64,000 nucleotides of DNA from a virus, in IMG/VR virus record IMGVR_UViG_3300036772_000367, positions 91,227-155,226 of that record; one strand, 5' to 3'. Within the stretch, counting starts at the first letter, position 1. Each line of letters opens with the position of its first letter. Below the pieces are notes generated by a model. It had not been told where the DNA came from. It made no database searches and worked only from the letters and a program-made list of their open reading frames with translations. Of the stretch, positions 1-9,300 are shown in pieces. The position numbers and the translations under genes were made by a program.

Positions 1-2
1 TG

Positions 3-1910
3 ACGTCCCATGACGCCGCGCTGGGCATCGGTTGTGCCATGCAGGAGTCCTCGCTGGTGAACCTCCACAGCGGTTCGGCTGACTCGGTGGGTCTGTTCCA
101 ACAACGGCCGTCTCAGGGCTGGGGCACCGTTGCGCAGATCGAGGACCCGCAGTACTCGGCCGGGAAATTCTTCGACGCCTTGATCAAGGTCCCTAATTAC
201 GAGACACTGCCGTTCACAGTAGTGATCCAGGATGTCCAGCGTTCAGGGAATCCGAATGCTTATGCGCAGTGGGAGAATCTTGCCAACGCGTGCGTACAGG
301 TCTTGCAGAAGAACAACACGAGCAGTACCAACGCAGGCATTCTGACACAGGGTTCGACGACCATCGGCTCCGGCGGTGCGACGGGAGAGAACATCGCTTC
401 AGTGTCCTACAATCTTATCAAAAGCCATCCTCCCGGTTACATTCGTTATCGAGAAGGTGGCGACTCCGCCTACAACGATCCGGATCCTCGGATTCTGGAT
501 TGCTCTAGTTTTGTAGATTGGGTCTTTTATCACACCACGGGTCGACCGTTGAATCCTTCCGGGCAACGCTCGGTGGCCGCATCTATCGGGCCGCAGTGCA
601 TCAACATCGACCAGGCCGCTGCCAAGAACATCAAGGGCGCCCTGCTGTTCCTCGGCGGTGTCGGTGCCGAGACGCATGTGGAAGTGTCCTTGGGCAATGG
701 CTACACAGCCGCCGCGCACACCGACCAGGTCCCGCTCGCTCAACAGGTAGATGTTGGTCAGGCGGGGAACTTCACCCACGGTGGTCTGCTGCCAGGTATC
801 AACTACTCGAACTCGGCGACCACGGCAGTCGCCGCAAATCTCATCCAGGCCGTGGAGCACTATAAGGCCAGTACGTCCGACCCCAACCAGTTCGGACCTA
901 ACGCTCCAGCCAGTTCCGTCAACCCCACCAACCAGACCGGAGCCAACACGGGAGACCCCTTCAACGCACTGATCAATGTCTACACGTGGGGCTTCAACCC
1001 CAGCAACGACGCGGATATTTTCGCTGGCCCACGCGCGATGATGAACGACGAGCCGATCCTGCCCTATATCTCGAACCTATTGGGCGCGTCGATGCGTTCC
1101 TGGTGCTCGGCCCCCAACGGAGACTTCATGGCCTGGTTCCCGGACTATTTCAACATCTGGGGCATCAGTGCGGTCATGAATGTGCGGGCGATCGAGCTGA
1201 TGGACTTCACGGTCGACTGGTCGGATCAGCAGATCGTTACTCATCAGTATGTTGTCGGTGTCCCCCAAGGAATGTTCGACACGGCATCAGGCTCTGTGTC
1301 GGCCTACGACCCAACCGGCGGCCAGGGACAACTCTACTGGGAGCTGACCACCCAGGGCGTTGCTACGATGGACTTCCCGCAGATCTTCCGAGCTATCTTC
1401 GGTCAGGATGCCACGACCGACTTCGTGAACAATTACTTGTCGCGCTTCGGTGGCCGTCCGAACATGGTCACCATCCCGACCATCTCTCAGGGACGACCAG
1501 AGTTTTTCATGGCGCTGTATCTGTTCATGCAGCGGTGGGCCAATCAGTTCCAGGCTAATGTGCCCATGACCTTCATGCCCGAGTTGTGGCCCGGCATGAT
1601 TCTTCGCTTGCCGGAATTTAACTTCCAGGCGTATATCAGCGAGGTGCAACACAACTTTCAGTTCGGGCCAGACGGTGGTTTTTCCACCACGGCATCCATC
1701 AGTGCCCCAGCTCGTATCAACGATCAAGCCAGCATGTTCGGTCTGCTGCCACTGGGTGGTCAGGTCTACGCTCAGCCCATCACACCCAACGCACCCCAGA
1801 CGCCGCCCTCCAATACCACCGGAGCACCACCGTTGCCGTTGCCGACCGCGACGGCCCCTCCGACGAGCTTGCCTGGCCTATTGAACACCCTGACGGGAGG
1901 TAACCCGTGA
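3..1910 (+). CDS. Baseplate hub / tail-associated lysin (5'-partial), with lysozyme-like and NlpC/P60 domains
   Basis: Frame is open back to the window start. QESS..DSVGLFQQRPSQGWG is a lysozyme-like motif, DCSSFV...HVEVSLG is an NlpC/P60 motif, and the C-terminus (PELWPGM...YISEVQH) is hub-like. Lies just before baseplate genes. Confidence 0.75.
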   Translation, partial: TSHDAALGIGCAMQESSLVNLHSGSADSVGLFQQRPSQGWGTVAQIEDPQYSAGKFFDALIKVPNYETLPFTVVIQDVQRSGNPNAYAQWENLANACVQVLQKNNTSSTNAGILTQGSTTIGSGGATGENIASVSYNLIKSHPPGYIRYREGGDSAYNDPDPRILDCSSFVDWVFYHTTGRPLNPSGQRSVAASIGPQCINIDQAAAKNIKGALLFLGGVGAETHVEVSLGNGYTAAAHTDQVPLAQQVDVGQAGNFTHGGLLPGINYSNSATTAVAANLIQAVEHYKASTSDPNQFGPNAPASSVNPTNQTGANTGDPFNALINVYTWGFNPSNDADIFAGPRAMMNDEPILPYISNLLGASMRSWCSAPNGDFMAWFPDYFNIWGISAVMNVRAIELMDFTVDWSDQQIVTHQYVVGVPQGMFDTASGSVSAYDPTGGQGQLYWELTTQGVATMDFPQIFRAIFGQDATTDFVNNYLSRFGGRPNMVTIPTISQGRPEFFMALYLFMQRWANQFQANVPMTFMPELWPGMILRLPEFNFQAYISEVQHNFQFGPDGGFSTTASISAPARINDQASMFGLLPLGGQVYAQPITPNAPQTPPSNTTGAPPLPLPTATAPPTSLPGLLNTLTGGNP

Positions 1911-2695
1911 TGAATACCAACGGGTTGTCTCAGCCAACCTATCCAGGGAGCGCTAGCCGGGGCTTCGCGTGGAAGCAGGTGTTGGTGCAGGGGGTCGACG
2001 GCAATGTAGCTGTCGTGCAGGACTCGGTCACCAAGAAGACTTTCAACGTCTCCATCACTAACATGCCTGCCAAGGGCGTCCCACCCGCACCAGGCGAAAT
2101 GTGGTTGGTGAGTCGTCAGTATGCGGTGTGGGCCTTCGTATTGTGTCTCAATGCTCCCACGGCGTTGCAAATATCCAATATCCAGAATCTGACGTCGGAT
2201 TTGGCTACGCTCACTACGGCTACTCAACGTCCTCAGCTATTGTCTACTTTGTACAGTACGGCTAGCGTGCAGTATATGGAGCAGGGCGCAGCCATTGCTT
2301 CAATCACCAATCAGACGTCGTACAGCACCATGCTGACTACTGGCTCGCCGGGCGCCCCCAACGGCTTAGTGTTCATCGCACCACCTAGCGGTATTGTGCG
2401 ATTGAGTTGGGGCGGGAATTTTCGCGTCGACACAGCCGCCATTGTGGTATATATCGGGTTGCTCGTCGCAAGTGGCGCCGTAATTGGATCAGGAACCCCT
2501 CTCTTGGGTATCGCGGACTTCGAGGCTATTCAAACGACTGCGACCAACATTGTTGTCCCTGGTGCACGCACGCGTTACATTAACGGACTGGTCTCAGGTG
2601 GCTTCTACAATGCCTATATTCAATGGCGTACGAGTGGCAACGGGACAGGTGAGGCGAATGGAGTGTGGGCCGACGCGGTGCCCTCACCGCAATGA
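1907..2695 (+). CDS. Putative baseplate spike / minor tail protein
   Basis: Lies between the hub and gp25-like genes. N-terminus is OB-fold-like (PAPGEMWLV). Overlaps the upstream stop. Confidence 0.5.
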   Translation: MMNTNGLSQPTYPGSASRGFAWKQVLVQGVDGNVAVVQDSVTKKTFNVSITNMPAKGVPPAPGEMWLVSRQYAVWAFVLCLNAPTALQISNIQNLTSDLATLTTATQRPQLLSTLYSTASVQYMEQGAAIASITNQTSYSTMLTTGSPGAPNGLVFIAPPSGIVRLSWGGNFRVDTAAIVVYIGLLVASGAVIGSGTPLLGIADFEAIQTTATNIVVPGARTRYINGLVSGGFYNAYIQWRTSGNGTGEANGVWADAVPSPQ

Positions 2696-2737
2696 TCCTG
2701 TCCTGAGCATTCCAGTTAATGCTAAGGGCTGAAGGAG

Positions 2738-3178
2738 GTGGACGTGGAGACTTTTGCTCTGGTGCACGGAGATCTGATGGTGGACAGTTCCGGTCAACTG
2801 TTGACTTACTCGGGTCCTAATCGTATTCGCCAGGATCTTCAATTGGCGCTCTCAGAGGAGTACGGAGCAGACCATTTCCACCCGAAGTGGGGATCTATCG
2901 TCAAGAGCTACATCGGCAATCCCATCACACCCAGCCTTGAGCTGCTTGTTCAAGCCGAAGTAAATCGGGTAGTGCAGAACTACATAACTCTTCAACAATC
3001 CTCGGTACTGCGTAGCACTACTTTTGATATTGCCGGAGTATTTGATACCTCGGATGTCGTACAAAGTGTAGGGCCACTGCGCGTGTCGACCGCTTACGAC
3101 ACGATTTACATCTCTGCCACTTTGACTACCGTGGATCGTCAGACAATCACCATTACCCAGCAGGTGAGCAATGCCTAG
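2738..3178 (+). CDS. Baseplate wedge protein, gp25/GPW-like
   Basis: 146 aa with a QDL..AL....G...FHPKWGS motif, an AAGGAG RBS, and baseplate J directly downstream. Confidence 0.75.
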   Translation: MDVETFALVHGDLMVDSSGQLLTYSGPNRIRQDLQLALSEEYGADHFHPKWGSIVKSYIGNPITPSLELLVQAEVNRVVQNYITLQQSSVLRSTTFDIAGVFDTSDVVQSVGPLRVSTAYDTIYISATLTTVDRQTITITQQVSNA

Positions 3179-5012
3179 TGCTGCGGATATTGCTAGCAAC
3201 ATGATTGCGGCACTCCAGGTGTCTATTCCAAACTTGGACACCTCGATCGGCACACCGTTGCGTCATGTACTGGACTCGCTCAGCGAACAGATCGCTGAGG
3301 CGTACACAGATGGTTATCTGATCAACTACCAGTACGACATCGACTCCAAGGTCGGTGGTGACCTGGATGACTTCTGTTCGCTGTTCGGGATTACACGTAT
3401 TCCCGCGCAGCGGGCCACGGGCGTCGTGACCTTCAGCCGACCGAGTGACGCGAACACACTGGCCACGATCGTGACGATCCCGCCGGGCTCGCAAGAGATC
3501 GCGATGACCAACCCGATCGTCTACTGCCAGACCACGGTGTCGGCCATCATGAACGTCAATGACTCCACGGCGAATGTGCCTGTGCAAGCCGTGGTAGCGG
3601 GTTCTCAGGGTAATGTGCCGGCTGGGCTGCTCAACACGATCGCCTCGGCGCTCAGTGGTATCACCTCCTGCACCAACACCAGCGCTCTCACCGGAGGTCA
3701 GGACCGGGAGTCCGACACAGACCTGCGGACGCGCTTCAAGCAGACTGTGTTTCGTTCCCTGGCGGGCACCTCGGCCATGTATCAGGCCATTGCACAGTCC
3801 GTTCCGCAGAACCCCACTACGGCTTCGACGTTCGCGGTGAAATTCACCAACATCATTGGCTCCTCGAAGCGTTGGCAAGAACAACTTCAGGTTGTCAGTG
3901 GCACAGCCACCAGTACGGTGACGAATGCGGCCTACATCTTTCCCGACAACGTCTTCTGCGCGGTAGATCTATCCTCGGGCGTTTTCCTCAACCAAGAAAC
4001 AGATTTCAGCTTTGCCCCCACCAATCCCACGGATGGGATCAGCAACGCTAGTGCGGTGCTGACATCCTTGAGTTCCACCACGATGCCAGATGGACTATAC
4101 GATCTGGACTTCGAGTATGTACCGCAGGCATCACGCAATGATCCCGGCAATACAAGGTTCGGCCAGGGTGGTATTAATAATCGCATTGACGTCTGGTGCA
4201 ACGGTAGTATTCCACAGTCGGCGACGCAGAATGTGGTCTTCTCGACGGCACTGACGTTCTCGACGTTGTCGACGAGTCCGTACTACAACGTCAAGTACAG
4301 CATCGGTAAGACGGGATCACAGACGCCGACGGCTGGGCAAATCTTCGTTCCCCTGAGTTATGGGCCCATTCTCAATGTCCCTTTGACACTAACGATAGGC
4401 GGCACTGTCTACAATTATCTTACAGATTACTTCGCGGTGCATCGCACTGACTGTTTCGGCTACACCATGAACAGCACCTTCGGTCTTGCGTGGACCACTA
4501 CCTCCGGCCGCATCCCGGCCAACGGCTCCATCATCACGCTGACCTACACCTACAACCAGGTGCCGTCTTTGGTTCAGCAATCGATGGAACAGTGGCGGCT
4601 GGTGGGCACCGATGCCAAGGCGCACGCGGGCAAAACCATCCCTCTGTTGTTCAATTTCGCCATCGTGTTCGATCAACGTTTCGACTCGACAGCGGTGACG
4701 ACGAGCATCAACGATGCCCTAGCTGCTTATCTCAGTACCATTGGGTTCGATGCGACCCTCAGGGTGGCTGGAGTTCTCAACGTCGTCAGCAATGTGGCGG
4801 GAGTACTCAATGCACGATTTCTGACCAGTACCGACAACAGTGGGCAGTATGCTATCTGTCGGATGTCCAACTGGGTGCCGAACACTATCGTCAGCATTTA
4901 CAATCAAGGTGGCCGAGCCACAGACATTGCATTCGCCGATGATCAATACCCCGTTTTTTCAGCGACGAACATTGTGACCAAGGCGCAAAACACTTTCACT
5001 ATCGGAGCATAA
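3171..5012 (+). CDS. Baseplate J-like protein
   Basis: LDDFCSLFGITRIPAQRATGVVTF, GSQGNVPAG and GGQDRESDTDLRTR are hallmark baseplate J motifs. Confidence 0.9.
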   Translation: MPSAADIASNMIAALQVSIPNLDTSIGTPLRHVLDSLSEQIAEAYTDGYLINYQYDIDSKVGGDLDDFCSLFGITRIPAQRATGVVTFSRPSDANTLATIVTIPPGSQEIAMTNPIVYCQTTVSAIMNVNDSTANVPVQAVVAGSQGNVPAGLLNTIASALSGITSCTNTSALTGGQDRESDTDLRTRFKQTVFRSLAGTSAMYQAIAQSVPQNPTTASTFAVKFTNIIGSSKRWQEQLQVVSGTATSTVTNAAYIFPDNVFCAVDLSSGVFLNQETDFSFAPTNPTDGISNASAVLTSLSSTTMPDGLYDLDFEYVPQASRNDPGNTRFGQGGINNRIDVWCNGSIPQSATQNVVFSTALTFSTLSTSPYYNVKYSIGKTGSQTPTAGQIFVPLSYGPILNVPLTLTIGGTVYNYLTDYFAVHRTDCFGYTMNSTFGLAWTTTSGRIPANGSIITLTYTYNQVPSLVQQSMEQWRLVGTDAKAHAGKTIPLLFNFAIVFDQRFDSTAVTTSINDALAAYLSTIGFDATLRVAGVLNVVSNVAGVLNARFLTSTDNSGQYAICRMSNWVPNTIVSIYNQGGRATDIAFADDQYPVFSATNIVTKAQNTFTIGA

Positions 5013-6323
5013 ATGACAACTCCGGTGAACGGTTCCATCTTCAACTCGAACCTACCCAGTTTCTTCGACAAGTTCTCGTCAGCGGCAGCCCAGGACTTGA
5101 TGACGCTTCAGCTCGTTGCTGGGCAGCTGGAGCCCTCCGGTGGCATCGTCACGGTGACCAATCCGATCATTCCCGATCGGACCGTCGCACAACGCATGAA
5201 TAACTTCGACCCGACGATCTACGATCTCCGAGACCAGTCCACCTTGATGAAGATCATGAAGGTGCTCCTGGGAGGTGCTGGGGCCGGTGGGCTCCGCAAG
5301 CAGTCAGCGATCGCTCGGCTACAGAACACCTTCTCGGGGATGCACTTCCTGGACCTGGATCGTTTTTACGGCGCACTGTTCGGGATCTCCCGGACTGCTC
5401 AAGAGGGTGCGCCGGATATCGACTTCGATCCCTACCACGATGCCACCGATCCAGCATCCTGGGATGACCTTCAGGCACGCGATGCCAGCTACCGCGATCG
5501 ATTGATCAAATTCGCCAAGAGCATCTACTTCGGAGGATCGGTCGCCGGCATCACTGCAATGGCCGAATCCTTGATCGGCGCGCAGGTGGATGTGTACGAG
5601 TCCTGGGAATGGGTGGACGAGGAAAACGCCGATGTCCTCGTGAACTCCACCTTGATCTATACGTACACGTTCTTGAACCGCAGTGTCGGAACATGGGCTG
5701 GATTGACGGGTCATACCTGGGCAGACTGGGGTGGTGGTACGTTGCCCTTCGTCGGGAGAACAGGTCAGCGCAACCGCAGCGAGTTCATCCTTCAGCCGCA
5801 TATCGCCCTCACGATCGACGAGCGATACGAGATCTTGCGGGTCATCAACACCTTCAAGCCTGCCGGAACCCAGTTCACCATCAATCCCGCTGGTCTGACT
5901 ACACAGACTCCGATCAGTTTGCGAGCAGTCGCCGCCGATTCAGAATACTGGGCTATCATTCCCGTGACGGTACCCAACCCACAACTGGGTACGAATGTAT
6001 ATATTCCTAGTGGTGATATCACTGTTCGATCGGTTATTCAACAGAGGCCGGCATTCTCTCAGTTTCAAGGAGATGACTGGTCGTATAACAATGACATTCT
6101 CGGTGTTACGTCATATACGATCGATAACGGCGTCACGAGTACGACAACGGATGATCAAACAGTGGTGTATTCCGATAGCACTACCCGTACCTACGTAGCG
6201 GCAGCGGCCCCCATGACCGGCGCGCAGGCCATCTCGGCACGCATCGTGTCCGACGGCGTACTCACCGCGACCCCCTATGCTCCAACGAGAGGTTCCATCA
6301 ACACCGCATTGGTGACCACATGA
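5013..6323 (+). CDS. Baseplate wedge / tail protein (gpI-like)
   Basis: Follows baseplate J. Contains DLDRFYG...DASYRDRL...GGSVAGI and INTFKPAGT. Confidence 0.65.
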   Translation: MTTPVNGSIFNSNLPSFFDKFSSAAAQDLMTLQLVAGQLEPSGGIVTVTNPIIPDRTVAQRMNNFDPTIYDLRDQSTLMKIMKVLLGGAGAGGLRKQSAIARLQNTFSGMHFLDLDRFYGALFGISRTAQEGAPDIDFDPYHDATDPASWDDLQARDASYRDRLIKFAKSIYFGGSVAGITAMAESLIGAQVDVYESWEWVDEENADVLVNSTLIYTYTFLNRSVGTWAGLTGHTWADWGGGTLPFVGRTGQRNRSEFILQPHIALTIDERYEILRVINTFKPAGTQFTINPAGLTTQTPISLRAVAADSEYWAIIPVTVPNPQLGTNVYIPSGDITVRSVIQQRPAFSQFQGDDWSYNNDILGVTSYTIDNGVTSTTTDDQTVVYSDSTTRTYVAAAAPMTGAQAISARIVSDGVLTATPYAPTRGSINTALVTT

Positions 6324-9300
6324 CGACTCCGGCGAACACCCCCACCGGCTCGACGGTCGCAGTGCCGTGGGCGGACACCATGTCGTTGGACACCCTCAAC
6401 ACGTCTCTGTCGGTGGACTCCACCACCGCCGTGGCGTTGCAGCAAGCCGTTGACACACAACGTTTTTGGGCTACACCACTACGTGCCGCCAGCGATTCGA
6501 CCTACGACGTCATGCAGGTCACCCTGACCAGCCCTCGACTGGTCAATCAGTTGATCTTTGATGTCGCGATCTTCCCGCAGACCATCACTGTCGAGTACTA
6601 CAACGACGCTGCCGCCGCCTGGCAGCCGCTCCTGCAACAGGGGTCGACCTCGGCGGTGTCCGTGACGCAAACGATCAGTACGTCTTATCCGCTGGTGCTG
6701 CCACCGATCACCAACGTGACTGGCCATGTTCATCCGCAACACAGCTTCTCCGGTCACTGGCAGACCATCGAGTTCAACACCCAACCGGTCACTGCGCGGC
6801 TGTTTCGTGTGCTGCTGATTCGTAGCACCAATGGTGTCGCCCCTACCGATGTCTTCGGAAATCCGGTTCCCTATTCATTGGCTATTCGACACTTTTACCT
6901 CGGTTATGTGGTTCAGGCGCTGACGGATGTCCCGCTATCGTCGCCGGTCAATAGCGCATTGACCGGCGACGGATCCTTCGCCTCTACGATTGATCTGCTG
7001 GGTTCCACCGTGAACTTCACCATGCAGACCAACGCGGCTGAGAACGTGCTCCGTAACCAGGCCACGCAGTCCAATGTGGTGTGGAAGTGTGCCCCACAAC
7101 CCTTTCCGTGGGCCGTGGTGGGTTTCTATGTTGACGCGCGTGACGTGAATGGTAACGCCCAGGTCATCGACCGATTTTATCTAGAGCCGCTCTATACAGG
7201 ACCAAGTGTCCACATCTACTACTCCAACGACACAGTGACCTCGGCCTACGCCGGAACTATCGAACCTCTCATTTATCCCGAGGCCCAGACATTCGATCCG
7301 AACGGTGTCGGTGGCGATGTGCTGCATTCGGGCAGTGCAGGGACCGGAGCTACCGCGTTTGTCAAGGTCGATAACCAAGTCTTGAGTTTCGATCCCAGTC
7401 GATCCTGGTGGGTAGGCGCCAGGGTCAACGACAAGACTGGACACCACACCGAGAACTATGACTCTCCTCTGTTCGATTGCGGTGCCTTCCGGATCTTCCT
7501 GACTCCGTTCGGTATGGCGTGCCGGACCGTCTACGGAGACACGCTGGCCATCGATCTGGACCCGTTTGATCCCGCCACCACCTTGACGTGGATGGTGGCC
7601 TACGACGGCGTGGACACCCTGTCGATCAATGCCCAGGCGGGACCGGTCACCTACACCGGCTCGATGCCGCTGCCCGTTCCGTTGAGTGGCGCCACGGTGA
7701 CGATGCTGAGCATCGGGGCCTTCCTCGGTGCTGTGCCGGGAGTCAACAATTTCGACTTCCAGGACTTCGTACTCAAGACCGATGATGTGCCCAACGCGGC
7801 TACCATCCAGGACTTCCTGACCCATCCGGACGCCTACGTTCAGGTGGCCGCGTTCGCCTCTCAGACCGACCCTCGCACACAGAATGCTCTGCTGCGGTAT
7901 CACCCGGGCTGGGTCACCAACGACGTCCCCAGCGGCTTCATCGGCGGTGAACCCAACCAGTACGATGAACTGGTCTGGTCTCCCATCGCGCGGGACTACA
8001 CCCTCACCAAGGGTAACTTCGACGTCCCGGCAACCAAGGCGAAGTACTGGAAGTTCGAGTTCAGCAGCCTGATCCCGGAGCCCTACGAGGTGTACAAGCC
8101 GATCACCTCCGTTGTGCGCACCTTCAGCAGCACGATGACCGGGGTCAGCAGCACCACCAACAATTTCCCGATCACCCCACAGACACCCCAAGGTGTACAG
8201 CTCCAGGCGACCTATCAAGTAAACAATGCTTTGACGTCCGGTTTCGATCGCGTCTTCACACAGACCGGAACTGGTGCGGCAGCCTTGGGGTTGACGCCGA
8301 CGCAGGCGCGCGTGCTGGTGGACAACAATTCTCGTGTCCTCGTGGGGAAAGCCTACTGGGCCTGGAACTTTTTGCCGGTACACTCATCACCTGTCGTGAC
8401 GTCGTTCGTGGGCACCACGAAGCATGTTTACGAGACGATCAACGTCACACAGACCTCGAAGATCGCTTATTTTGTGGGACTGGTATCGATCGCTGCGTAT
8501 CGATTGGATGCGCTCGCCACCGACGACACCATCCGATATGTTGACAACTTCTACGATCTGGCGAACATCGCGCAAGACACGAACTGGACGTTGGTGGCCG
8601 ATCACCAGCTCACCTCGGGTGCATCCCAGTATGCGGTGTTGCAGTCGCAACCGTTGAACTCCACACGCATTGTCACGGCTGTGCAGTTCGCTGCCCAGCA
8701 GTCGGATCCGATCCAGTATCTGCCTGACTCCGATTTCAGCGATCCTACGCATGTTAACTGGGCTGCTGTGGGAGATGCCAATCTGGCACCCGGCATCACC
8801 GTGGACACCACGGTTGGCAATACTATTCAGATCAGTCGAGCGTCGGTGCCGAATAACTGGTCGATCATTGAGACCGGCTATCCAGCGTGGCACAATATCA
8901 CTGATCTTAATCTGAGCTGGTCGCGATTGGCCACCAGTGCACAGAACACCGCATTGGAAGGTGGCATCACTTCCGGCGCTATCACATTGCCTGCTGGAGG
9001 TCGTATCACGGCCGCTGCACGAGTGATTACCGCAACCGATCTGACGAGTCCGCTGGTCGTTCAGATCGTGAATGACCAGAACAATCAGGTGGTGTCCGAG
9101 AGTCAGGCTGATGTCACAGCGCATCAGGTCACGGAGTGGTATACCAGTTTCACTCTAGGTGATGTTGCTGTAGCTCCGTGGCGGTGGTCGGACTTTGTGT
9201 CGGCGCCCGTGGCACAGCTGTTCGTTGATGGCTTCCACCACCCTAGTGGTCGACCGCTGCCGGCCATGGATAGCGGTCAGGCGTGGTCCTCCGACTTGGG